Positions 53,586-62,248 of a stretch of DNA of 64,000 nt are shown piece after piece. The DNA is from an uncultured Chloroflexia bacterium. Its GTDB lineage: Bacteria; Chloroflexota; Anaerolineae; Promineifilales; UBA4811. A model generated the notes under the pieces. The model did not search any database. It was not told the origin of the DNA and saw only the letters and a program-made list of their open reading frames with translations. The position numbers were made by a program, and so were the translations under genes. The stretch spans positions 128,072 through 192,071 of the forward strand of contig CAVPPE010000003.1 in assembly GCA_963707345.1 (NCBI GenBank). The letters are read 5' to 3'. Numbering within the stretch: the stretch's first letter is position 1; each line of letters starts with the position of its first letter.

Positions 53586-55457
53586 GGGTCAGCGCCAGCT
53601 CGTTAAACTGGATCGGTTTGGTGAGGCAGGCGACCGCGCCAATGGATGGGGGGTCCACCAGCACCCTGGCATGGCCGGTAATCAGCACCACCGGCAGGTT
53701 GGGCCAGCGCTGGTGGATCTGCCGGCAGAGCGCTTCCCCGCCCAGGTGCGGCATGACCACGTCGCTCAGCACCAGGTCGATCCCACCGGCCGCCGCCTCC
53801 AGCGCCTGCAACGCCTCGCCGCCATTGGCTACCCTTTGCACCTGGTAGTTCAACTGCTCCAGGCAGCAGGCCAGCGCCTCCTGGACGGCCGGGTCGTCCT
53901 CCACCACCAGCACGGTCTGGCCCCGGCCGAGCGGCAGCCCGCTGCTTTCGTCGGTGGCAACCATTTCCGGCTGCTCCACAGTGGGCAGGTGGATGACAAG
54001 AGTGGCCCCCAGCCGGGAGGGGGGCAGCCAGCCGGCCGGGGCTTTCCACCTCAACGTGTCCGTCGTGCTGTTTGACAATCCCGTACACCTGGGCCAGCCC
54101 CAGCCCGGTCCCTTTGCCCACCTCCTTGGTGGTAAAAAAGGGCTCAAACAGGCGCTCCCGGGCCTCGGCCGGGATGCCGGTCCCGCGGTCGGTCACCTCC
54201 GGGCAGACCCAGCCGGCCGGGTCCGATTGCGTGACGTGCTCGGCGGCCGGCAGCGCAACCGGGTTGGTGAGGGCAAAGCGCAGGTCGCCCCCGGCCGGCA
54301 TCGCGTCGCGGGCGTTCAACGTCAGGTTCAGCACCACTTGCTGCAAGCGGGTCGGGTCGGCCACAACGGTGGTGTTGGCCGCGTCACAATCAAAGTGTAG
54401 CTCGATCGACTCGGGCAGCGTGCGCCGGAGCAGGTCCAGTATTTCGGACATAAACTGGCACAGTTTGAGGTGCTGCCGGCGCAGGACGGCCTGGCGGCTA
54501 AAGTCCAGGATCTGCTGCACCAGGTCGGCCGCGCGGCGGCCCTGCTGCCGGATCACTTCGACCCGCTTGTGCTCTTCCGGCCGCAAGGTGCCGGCCATCA
54601 GCATCAACTCCGCGTACAGGCTGATGGAGGCCAGGATATTGTTAAAGTCGCGGGCCACGCCGGCCGCCAGTTGCCCCACCGCCGCCAGCCGCTCCTGCCG
54701 CACCAACTGTTGCTGGGCGGCAGTCAGGTCGGCCAGCGCCGCCTCCAGCTGCTGGTTGGCAGCCGCCAGCGCCGCTTCGGCCCGGCGGCGTTCGTTCACC
54801 TCCAGTTCCAGCGCCTGGGCGTGTTGACGGGCGAGCGCCAATGAGCTCGAGATGCTGCGGGTAAAAAGCAGGATGAGCAGGGCGGCCATGCTTAAAAAGA
54901 TGGCGCTGGTGAGCAGGGCGGAGATGGATTGCAGCGTGCTGGGGTCTGACACGACGAGGCCGCTGGTTTCCAGCACCGTCATCCCAACCCCGGCCGCGAT
55001 GCTGAGAAAGGCAGTGAGCAGCCCCACCCGGCCGCCCAGCAGCACCACCAGGATATAGCCGCTAAAGGTGAGCCCGCGCGTGCCGCCAAAGAGGGGCGAG
55101 AGCGCGGTGATGATGCTCCAAAATCCAAAGGTAAAGATGACCGATGACCAGCGGACCCGGCCGCGGCGCAGTAGGACCGTTGCGCCCAGCCAGGCCGGGG
55201 AGGTAGCCTGGGAACAGGAGGGTGGTGACCACGGCCGAGATGAGGACCATGGTCAGCCCGGCCATCGGCAAGATGGAAAGCAGCCGGGCGGTCAGGTTCT
55301 CGTCCTCGTCAGCCAATGTCGGGGCGGCGAACAATCGGCTCAACCAGGCAGTCAACGCAACTCCGTTGCAAGTGCTTCGCCGAGGAGTGCGGGTGCGGAA
55401 GCAAGGGCCAATTCTACGAACAGCATTTTGGCGTATGTGGGGCGATTTATCAAGCAA
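53545..55457 (-). pseudogene. Membrane sensor histidine kinase with C-terminal receiver (hybrid), frame-disrupted twice
   Basis: The N-terminal TM part is track ORF 55062..55457. The kinase core is ORF 53603..55048 (an H-box region VARDFNNILASI, NLTLNARDAM, GTGLGLAQV). The G2-box tail plus REC (VLVVEDDPAVQ...DLVLSDVVMPHLGG) is ORF 53545..54147. The junctions fall at about 55197-55200 and 54019-54024. The true start is uncertain. Confidence 0.7.
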
Positions 55458-55609
55458 TTGGTGGCGTCAACGGACGTTCGCACGGGGCGACGGAGGCGAG
55501 GGTATGTGCCCTCTGCGCGGCCGCGCGGTCACGAAAAACTCTGCTTGCATTTTAGCCCGCCGGGCGGTACACTTGAGGGGGTTGGTCCCATTGGAAAGGG
55601 AGAGAAACG

Positions 55610-56425
55610 ATGGTTGATTGGCTGGCGAATTATCCTCCGGTGATGCAGGCGCTGATTGGGACGCTGTTCACCTGGGGGGTGACAGCCCTGGGGGCCAGCG
55701 CAGTGTTCTTTTTCAAGAGCATCAACCGCAAGATGCTGGACGGGATGCTGGGTTTTGCGGCCGGGGTGATGATTGCGGCCAGCTACTGGTCGCTGCTGGC
55801 CCCGGCGATCGAGATGGCGGAAGAGGCGGGCGGCCCGCCGGCCTGGGTGCCGGCGACGGCCGGCTTTCTGCTGGGCGGCGCGTTCCTGTGGGGGGTGGAC
55901 AAGATTTTGCCCCACCTCCACCTGGGCCTGCCCGTGGAAGAGGCGGAGGGGCCACCCACCACCTGGCGGCGCAGCGTGCTGCTGGTGCTGGCCATCACGC
56001 TGCACAACATCCCGGAGGGGCTGGCGGTGGGGGTGGCTTTTGGCGCGGCAGCGGCCGGGCTGCCGGCCGCGTCGGTGGCGGGCGGGGTGGCGCTGGCGCT
56101 GGGCATCGGCATCCAGAACTTTCCCGAGGGGGCGGCCGTCTCGGTGCCGCTGCGCCGGGAGGGGCTATCCCGCCTGAAGAGCTTTTGGTACGGTCAGCTC
56201 TCCGGCATGGTGGAGCCGATCGCCGGCGTGCTGGGGGCGGCCGCGGTGCTGGCGATGCGCCCTATTTTGCCCTACGCGTTGGCCTTTGCGGCCGGGGCGA
56301 TGATCTTTGTGGTGGTGGAGGAATTGATCCCCGAATCACAGAGTGAAAAAAAGTACGACATTGCCACCATTGGCGCGATGTTGGGTTTTGCGGTCATGAT
56401 GACGCTGGACGTAGCGCTGGGGTGA
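55610..56425 (+). CDS. ZIP family divalent-metal (zinc) transporter
   Basis: 271 aa and polytopic, with [11 protein letters not shown] and [10 protein letters not shown] motifs characteristic of ZIP/ZupT-like transporters. Confidence 0.85.
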   Translation: MVDWLANYPPVMQALIGTLFTWGVTALGASAVFFFKSINRKMLDGMLGFAAGVMIAASYWSLLAPAIEMAEEAGGPPAWVPATAGFLLGGAFLWGVDKILPHLHLGLPVEEAEGPPTTWRRSVLLVLAITLHNIPEGLAVGVAFGAAAAGLPAASVAGGVALALGIGIQNFPEGAAVSVPLRREGLSRLKSFWYGQLSGMVEPIAGVLGAAAVLAMRPILPYALAFAAGAMIFVVVEELIPESQSEKKYDIATIGAMLGFAVMMTLDVALG

Positions 56426-56448
56426 CCGGTGTATAGCAAGGAGATACC

Positions 56449-56733
56449 ATGGAGCCAAGGATACAGACCCTGCACCCACAGGGAAAAGCGGGGGTCAACA
56501 TTAGCAGGGCCAAGTACGATGTGATTCGGGCGGCCATCCTGCGCTCCATCGGTGCGCGCGGAGTTGTCTTGTTTAACCAGCTAGGGGCGGATGTGCGCCA
56601 GGCGCTGGCAGGCCAGTTTGAAGGCTCGATTTCCTGGTACGTCACCACGGTCAAACTGGACCTGGAGGCCCGCGGGGTGATCGAGCGGGTGCCCGGCAGC
56701 AGCCCGCAGCAACTGCGGCTGCCCAGCCAGTAA
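56449..56733 (+). CDS. Hypothetical protein (94 aa)
   Basis: The ATG follows aaggaga (56438-56444), and codon usage matches the neighbouring genes. I do not confidently recognise a family. Confidence 0.5.
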   Translation: MEPRIQTLHPQGKAGVNISRAKYDVIRAAILRSIGARGVVLFNQLGADVRQALAGQFEGSISWYVTTVKLDLEARGVIERVPGSSPQQLRLPSQ

Positions 56734-57019
56734 CTGCGTCGTAACCTGGCTGTAACCGGCCGCGATTATACTCACAAGGTATGAACAAAACCCCACTTGA
56801 GGTGGTTGGTAGGCAGCCTGCGGCCGGGGAGCCAAGAGTTGGCGGAGCGAGTCAAGGAGTTTGGCTGGCAGGTGGCGCGCTTTGCCCGCTTGCATTCCTC
56901 GGCTGCTACCCGCGAGTTCCTGCGGGCCTGGGAAGACGCGCCGCCCCCGGCGGCCGGAACTGGTCGGAATAGGTCCCCACAAGGGTTTTTTGGCACAGAT
57001 CAGCAAAAGGAGAGAGTGA

Positions 57020-58570
57020 ATGGCAGTTGACCCCAAAATCCAACAACTCCGCGAGCTGCGCGAGCAGGCCCGCCTGGGTGGCGGGCAGGAGCGGATCGAC
57101 CGGCAGCACGCCAAGGGCAAGCTGACCGCCCGCGAACGGGTTGAGCGGTTGCTGGACCCCGGCACCTTTCGCGAGATGGACATGTTTGTCACCCATCGCA
57201 CGGTGGGCTTTGGCATTGAGGAACAACAAGTGCTGGGCGACAGCGTGGTGACCGGCTGGGGCAAGCTGAACGGCCGGTTGGTGTACGTCTTTAGCCAGGA
57301 TTTCACCGTCTTTGGCGGCAGTTTGGGTGAAGTGCATGCGGAAAAGATGTGCAAAATCATGGACCTGGCGATGAAGAACGGTGCGCCGGTGATCGGCATC
57401 AACGACTCGGGCGGGGCGCGCATCCAGGAAGGGGTGGTCTCCCTGGCGGCCTATGCCTACGTCTTTCAGCGCAACGTGATGGCCTCCGGCGTGGTGCCGC
57501 AGATCTCGGCCGTGATGGGGCCGTGCGCCGGCGGCGCGGTCTATTCCCCGGCGATGACCGACTTTATCCTGATGGTCAAAGAGACCAGCTTTATGCACAT
57601 CACTGGGCCGGACGTCATCAAGGCGGTCACGCGGGAAGAGGTGACGTCGGAAGAGTTGGGCGGGGCGATGACCCACAACAGCCGGAGTGGCGTGGCTCAT
57701 TTTGCGGCCGAGGATGAGGATGACGCCATTGAAACCTTGCGCCACCTGATGAGCTTCCTGCCTCAGAACAACACCGAAGACCCGCCGTTTGTGCCCACTG
57801 ACGATCCGGCCGGGCGCATGGACGAGGATCTGAACACTCTCATCCCGGACAACCCCAATAAACCGTACAACATCAAAGAGGTCATCGAGCGGGTGGTGGA
57901 CGACGAGGTCTTTTTGGAGGTGCACCAGCACTTTGCCCAGAACATCGTCGTTGGGTTTGCCCGGCTGGGCGGCTTTAGCGTAGGGATTGTGGCGCAGCAG
58001 CCGCAGGTGCTGGCGGGTGTGCTGGACATCGACGCCTCGCGCAAAGGGGCGCGCTTTGTCCGCTTTTGCGATGCGTTCAACATCCCCATCGTCACCTTTG
58101 AAGACGTGCCCGGCTTTTTGCCCGGCGTGGCCCAGGAGCACGGCGGCATCATCGTCCACGGGGCCAAGCTGCTGTACGCTTATTGCGAAGCGACAGTGCC
58201 CAAGATCACCGTCATCACCCGCAAGGCGTACGGGGGGGCCTATGACGTGATGTCCAGCAAGCACATCCGCGGCGACATTAACTATGCCTGGCCCTCGGCC
58301 GAGATCGCGGTGATGGGGCCGGATGGTGCGGTTAACATTATCTTCCGCAAGGAGCTGGCTGAGGCGGATGACGCCGAGGCCCGCCGGGCGGAACTGGTGC
58401 AAGAGTACCGCGACAAGTTTGCCAACCCGTACGTGGCGGCCGCGTGGGGCTATATTGACGACGTGATCGAGCCGGCCGAGACCCGGCCGCGGTTGATCGA
58501 AGCGCTGCAGATGCTGCAGAACAAGCGGGACGCCAACCCGCCCAAGAAGCACGGCAATATCCCGCTGTAA
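57020..58570 (+). CDS. Acyl-CoA carboxyltransferase (methylmalonyl-CoA carboxyltransferase 12S / propionyl-CoA carboxylase beta type)
   Basis: 516 aa with the blocks [43 protein letters not shown] and AYGGAYDVM. Confidence 0.9.
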   Translation: MAVDPKIQQLRELREQARLGGGQERIDRQHAKGKLTARERVERLLDPGTFREMDMFVTHRTVGFGIEEQQVLGDSVVTGWGKLNGRLVYVFSQDFTVFGGSLGEVHAEKMCKIMDLAMKNGAPVIGINDSGGARIQEGVVSLAAYAYVFQRNVMASGVVPQISAVMGPCAGGAVYSPAMTDFILMVKETSFMHITGPDVIKAVTREEVTSEELGGAMTHNSRSGVAHFAAEDEDDAIETLRHLMSFLPQNNTEDPPFVPTDDPAGRMDEDLNTLIPDNPNKPYNIKEVIERVVDDEVFLEVHQHFAQNIVVGFARLGGFSVGIVAQQPQVLAGVLDIDASRKGARFVRFCDAFNIPIVTFEDVPGFLPGVAQEHGGIIVHGAKLLYAYCEATVPKITVITRKAYGGAYDVMSSKHIRGDINYAWPSAEIAVMGPDGAVNIIFRKELAEADDAEARRAELVQEYRDKFANPYVAAAWGYIDDVIEPAETRPRLIEALQMLQNKRDANPPKKHGNIPL

Positions 58571-58599
58571 GGCGGGCGCACTGCCAAAGGAGAACCATC

Positions 58600-58920
58600 A
58601 TGACGCAGAGAATCATCTCGGTTGAGGAAGCGCAAGCCAAACTCCCCCGGCCGTGGGTGCACACGGTTCTGGGTCAGGTGGACGACTATTGCGCTTACCT
58701 GTGCCGTTTTGCGGGCACGTACACGTTCCACCTGCATGCCAGGGATGAGATGTACCTGGTGCTGGAGGGCAAAGCATTCGTCGAGTACGAAGGCGGCCCC
58801 AAATTGGCCCTGGCGGCCGGCGACTCACTGGTCGTCAAGGCGGGCGAGGTGCACCGTTCCGGCGCCGACGGCGAAGCGCTGGTGCTGATGTTCAAGGCAC
58901 GCGATCTTTTTGCAGAGTAA
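58600..58920 (+). CDS. Cupin domain protein
   Basis: 106 aa with the cupin motifs HLHARDEMYLVLEG and GEVHRSG. The ATG follows aaaggaga. Confidence 0.7.
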   Translation: MTQRIISVEEAQAKLPRPWVHTVLGQVDDYCAYLCRFAGTYTFHLHARDEMYLVLEGKAFVEYEGGPKLALAAGDSLVVKAGEVHRSGADGEALVLMFKARDLFAE

Positions 58921-58959
58921 GGAGTACTCCTTGCTCCATCAAAGCTAGGAAAATCACTT

Positions 58960-60462
58960 ATGGATTCAACACCCGTCAAAATCTGCGACACTATCCTGCG
59001 CGACGCCCACCAATCGTTGCTGGCAACCCGCATGCGCACGGAGGACATGTTGCCCATCGCCTCCAAGCTGGACCAGGTCGGTTTCTGGTCGGTGGAGATG
59101 TGGGGCGGGGCGACCTTTGACTCGGCGATGCGCTTTCTGAACGAGAACCCCTGGGAGCGGGTGCGCCGCTTGAAGAAGCTGATGCCCAACACCCGCTTTC
59201 AAATGCTGCTGCGCGGTCAGAACGTGGTTGGCTACAAGCACTACCCGGACGACGTGCTGCAAGCCTTTGTGGTGTATGCCAAAGAGGCGGGCATTGACGT
59301 CTTTCGCATCTTTGATGCGCTCAACGACGTGCGCAACATGGAAGCCGCTATGCGGTTTGTCAAAGAGGTGGGCGGCCACGCGCAGGCCAGTTTTAGTTAC
59401 ACCATCAGCCCGGTGCACACCATTGCCCAATACGTCGAGATGTCACGCCAGCTCGAGGATTTGGGCGCGGATTCCATCTGCATCAAGGATATGGCGGGGA
59501 TGATTGCCCCGTACGACACGTTCGAACTGGTGGGCGAGTTGAAAGCCCAGGTGGGATTGCCGGTCCAGTTTCACACCCACTATACCAGCGGGATGGCGAT
59601 GGCGTCGGCGCTCAAGGCGGTGGAAGCCGGGGTGGATGTGGTGGACACGGCCATTTCCGCCCTTTCCGGCCTGACCTCTCAGCCGCCCACCGAGTCGTTG
59701 GTCGCCATCCTCAAGGGGACACCCCGCGACACCGGCCTGGACCTGAGCCTGCTGGCGGAAATCTCGAGTTTTTTTGCCGACGTGCGCAAAAAGTACCAAA
59801 GCTTTGAGAGCGGCCTGCAGGGGGTGGACGTGCGGGTGCTGCAATTCCAGATTCCCGGCGGGATGCTCTCCAACCTGACCTCCCAGTTGCGCCAGCAAGG
59901 CGCGGCCGATCGCTACGAGGACGTGCTGACCGAGATGCCGCGCGTGAGGGCCGAGATGGGCTACCCGCCGCTGGTCACCCCTTCCAGCCAGATCGTGGGC
60001 ACCCAGGCGACGCTGAACGTGGTGGCCGGCCAGCGCTACAAGGTGGTTCCGGAGGAGATCAAGAATTACGTACGTGGCCTTTACGGCCGGCCTCCGGCTC
60101 CCATCGACCCGGAGGTGAAAAAGCTGGTGATCGGGGATGAAGAGCCCATCACCTGCCGCCCGGCCGACCTGCTGGAGCCGGGCATGGAAAAGGCGCGGCG
60201 CGAGATTGGCGAACTGGCCCGCAACGAGGAAGACGTCGTCTCGTACGCGCTCTTTCCGCAGGTGGCCCGGCCGTACCTGGAACGGGTGGCGCGGGGCGCG
60301 GACGAGCAGATGGCAGTGATCGCGGCCATCGCCGCCCGGCTGGCGCTGTCGGCCGAAACGCACCCACCGGCCGGCCCGGCCGAGCAGTTGCGCGCGACGG
60401 CCAATAACTGGAAGCAGGCCTGGCGGCCCGGCCGCCAGTGGACCGGGCTCAATTGGACATAG
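58960..60462 (+). CDS. Pyruvate/oxaloacetate carboxyltransferase (transcarboxylase 5S / OadA / PycB type)
   Basis: 500 aa with TLRDAHQSLLATRMR, EMWGGATFD, MLLRGQNVVGY, IKDMAGM and HTHYTSGMA (HMGL-like TIM barrel). There is no C-terminal biotinyl domain. Confidence 0.88.
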   Translation: MDSTPVKICDTILRDAHQSLLATRMRTEDMLPIASKLDQVGFWSVEMWGGATFDSAMRFLNENPWERVRRLKKLMPNTRFQMLLRGQNVVGYKHYPDDVLQAFVVYAKEAGIDVFRIFDALNDVRNMEAAMRFVKEVGGHAQASFSYTISPVHTIAQYVEMSRQLEDLGADSICIKDMAGMIAPYDTFELVGELKAQVGLPVQFHTHYTSGMAMASALKAVEAGVDVVDTAISALSGLTSQPPTESLVAILKGTPRDTGLDLSLLAEISSFFADVRKKYQSFESGLQGVDVRVLQFQIPGGMLSNLTSQLRQQGAADRYEDVLTEMPRVRAEMGYPPLVTPSSQIVGTQATLNVVAGQRYKVVPEEIKNYVRGLYGRPPAPIDPEVKKLVIGDEEPITCRPADLLEPGMEKARREIGELARNEEDVVSYALFPQVARPYLERVARGADEQMAVIAAIAARLALSAETHPPAGPAEQLRATANNWKQAWRPGRQWTGLNWT

Positions 60463-60471
60463 GAGGTGGCC

Positions 60472-60951
60472 ATGGACCGCGATTTTACCCTGACCGTTGA
60501 TGGCAAGCAGTACCAAATCGAGATGCGCGGCAATAGCCTACTGGTGAACGGCCAGCCCTTTGTCATTGGCTACGAAAAGGGGGTGCTGACAGTGGATGGT
60601 ATTGCCTATGACGTGGCGCTGGAAGAAGAGAGCGCCACGGTGGACGGCACAGCCCATCAGATTGAGGTTGCCGGCATGACGATGAAGGCGGCCGCGCCAC
60701 AAAAGGCGGCTTCCAAAAAGAAAAAGGCGGAGGCCAGCGCCGGCTCGGTTACGGCCATCATGCCCGGCGCCATCCTCCGGGTGCTGGTGCAGGAAGGCGA
60801 CCCGGTCGAGGATGGGGCCGTGGTGGTCATCCTGGAAGCGATGAAGATGGAGAACGAAATCCATGCCCACAAATCGGGCGTGGTGAAAAAGGTCCACGTT
60901 GCGCCGGGCGACAGTGTGGAAAATGGCCAGCCGCTGGTGGAGATCGAGTGA
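60472..60951 (+). CDS. Biotin carboxyl carrier protein (1.3S-type biotinyl subunit)
   Basis: The C-terminal biotinyl domain has EAMKMENEI (AMKM biotin-attachment lysine). The ATG at 60472 follows aggagg (60461-60466), and a GTG at 60466 is an alternative. The N-terminus carries three TVDGxx[YH]x[IV] repeats. Confidence 0.85.
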   Translation: MDRDFTLTVDGKQYQIEMRGNSLLVNGQPFVIGYEKGVLTVDGIAYDVALEEESATVDGTAHQIEVAGMTMKAAAPQKAASKKKKAEASAGSVTAIMPGAILRVLVQEGDPVEDGAVVVILEAMKMENEIHAHKSGVVKKVHVAPGDSVENGQPLVEIE

Positions 60952-60967
60952 CACACGAGAACAGCGA

Positions 60968-61002
60968 AAGGGCGGGCTTGCCAAGCCCGCCCTTTTTATT
61001 TG
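60968..61002 (+). terminator. Rho-independent terminator after the carboxyltransferase operon
   Basis: The stem gggcgggctt (60970-60979) pairs with aagcccgccc (60983-60992). It has a short loop and is followed by tttttatttg. Confidence 0.75.
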
Positions 61003-61042
61003 TGTGGGCCTCGCCCTTGTGCCGAATGGCTCATTTGGAGCA

Positions 61043-61071
61043 TTGCAACGGCCTGGATGGCACTATATAAT
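61043..61071 (+). promoter_or_regulatory. Sigma-70-type promoter TTGCAA-17 nt-TATAAT upstream of the Ldh_2 gene
   Basis: ttgcaa lies at 61043-61048 and tataat at 61066-61071, a 17-nt spacer. The RBS is aaaggaga and the ATG is at 61109. Confidence 0.55.
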
Positions 61072-61108
61072 GGCACCGAATAACTAACGGAAACCAAAGG
61101 AGATCAAC

Positions 61109-62212
61109 ATGACCGCTGATGCCCCCATTCGCGTGATGCCAGAGCCCTTGATGGCGTTCTGTGTTCAGATATTTGTCAAGCTGGGTGTGCCCAAGGAGGA
61201 TGCCGAGATCACGGCCGACAACCTGGTAGCGGCCGACCTCCGTGGCATTGGCTCGCATGGCGTGGCCCGCCTGCGCCGCTACGTGAAGGGGCTGCAGGAT
61301 GGGGTGATGCTGCCCCGGCCGGAGATCCGGGTGGTGCACCAGACCCCCGCCACGGCACTGGTGGACGGCGGCGATGGTTTGGGCCAGCCGGTTTCCAAGC
61401 GGGCCATGCGGATGGCGATTGAAAAGGCCCGGCAGGTGGGAGCGGGTTTTGTCACCGTGCGCAACTCGAACCATTACGGCATCGCCGGCTATTACGCGAT
61501 GATGGCGCTGGAACATGAGATGATCGGCTTTTCCATGACCAACGCGGCCGTGCTGGTGGTGCCAACCTTTGGCCGCAATTCGATGTTGGGCACCAACCCG
61601 ATTGCGGTGGCGGCCCCGGCCGGGGAAGAGATGCCGTTTGTGCTGGACATGGCGACCAGCACCGTACCGCGCGGCAAGCTGGAGGTCTACAACCGACAGG
61701 AAAAACCGCTTCCGCTGGGCTGGGCCACCGATGAAACCGGCGAGCCGACCACCGACGCGGCGCGGGTGCTGGGTAATTTCCTCAAGCTGGCCGGCGGGGG
61801 CCTGCTCCCCCTGGGCGGCGCGGGTGAGTTGTTCAGCGGTTACAAGGGGTATGGCATGGCGTTGCTGGTGGACATTCTTTCCGGTGTGCTGCCTGGAGCG
61901 GGCTATGCCAATAACATCTATCTTAAGGACGAGCAGGGCAAGTCCAGGCCGGCCAACGTGGGCCACTTTTTTGGTGCGCTGCGGGTGGACGGCTTCCGGC
62001 CGGTGGAAGAGTTCAAGGCCACGATGGACGACATTATCCGGCGGTTGAAAGAGACGCCCAAGGCGGCCGGGCAGGAGCGCATCTACATCCACGGCGAAAA
62101 AGAGTACGAGATGGCTGCGGACCGCGCCGAGAACGGCGTCCTGCTTCATCCCAAAGTGGTCGCCGACCTGAAGGCGATGTCCGGCGAGTTTGACGTCGCG
62201 TATAACCTGTAA
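61109..62212 (+). CDS. Ldh_2 family (malate/L-lactate/sulfolactate dehydrogenase-type) oxidoreductase
   Basis: 367 aa with the blocks DLRGIGSHGVARL, RNSNHYGIAGYYA, TNPIAVAAP, VPRGK and GYKGYGMALLVDILSG. Confidence 0.8.
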   Translation: MTADAPIRVMPEPLMAFCVQIFVKLGVPKEDAEITADNLVAADLRGIGSHGVARLRRYVKGLQDGVMLPRPEIRVVHQTPATALVDGGDGLGQPVSKRAMRMAIEKARQVGAGFVTVRNSNHYGIAGYYAMMALEHEMIGFSMTNAAVLVVPTFGRNSMLGTNPIAVAAPAGEEMPFVLDMATSTVPRGKLEVYNRQEKPLPLGWATDETGEPTTDAARVLGNFLKLAGGGLLPLGGAGELFSGYKGYGMALLVDILSGVLPGAGYANNIYLKDEQGKSRPANVGHFFGALRVDGFRPVEEFKATMDDIIRRLKETPKAAGQERIYIHGEKEYEMAADRAENGVLLHPKVVADLKAMSGEFDVAYNL

Positions 62213-62248
62213 TCGGAATCGCGACCTGCCTGCGCTGGAGTGAGTTTT

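Noticed and set aside
55062-55457. The 131-aa ORF treated as an independent small membrane protein gene
   Set aside because: Its hydrophobic sequence continues seamlessly in the adjacent frame (…FPGYLP | AWLGATVLLRRGRVRWSSVIFTFGFW…) into the kinase ORF once one base in the G/C run at 55197-55200 is removed. It is therefore the N-terminus of the kinase.
56906-58552. A 548-aa minus-strand ORF antisense to the 12S carboxyltransferase gene
   Set aside because: It is a shadow ORF for the same reasons. The plus-strand product is unmistakably an acyl-CoA carboxyltransferase.
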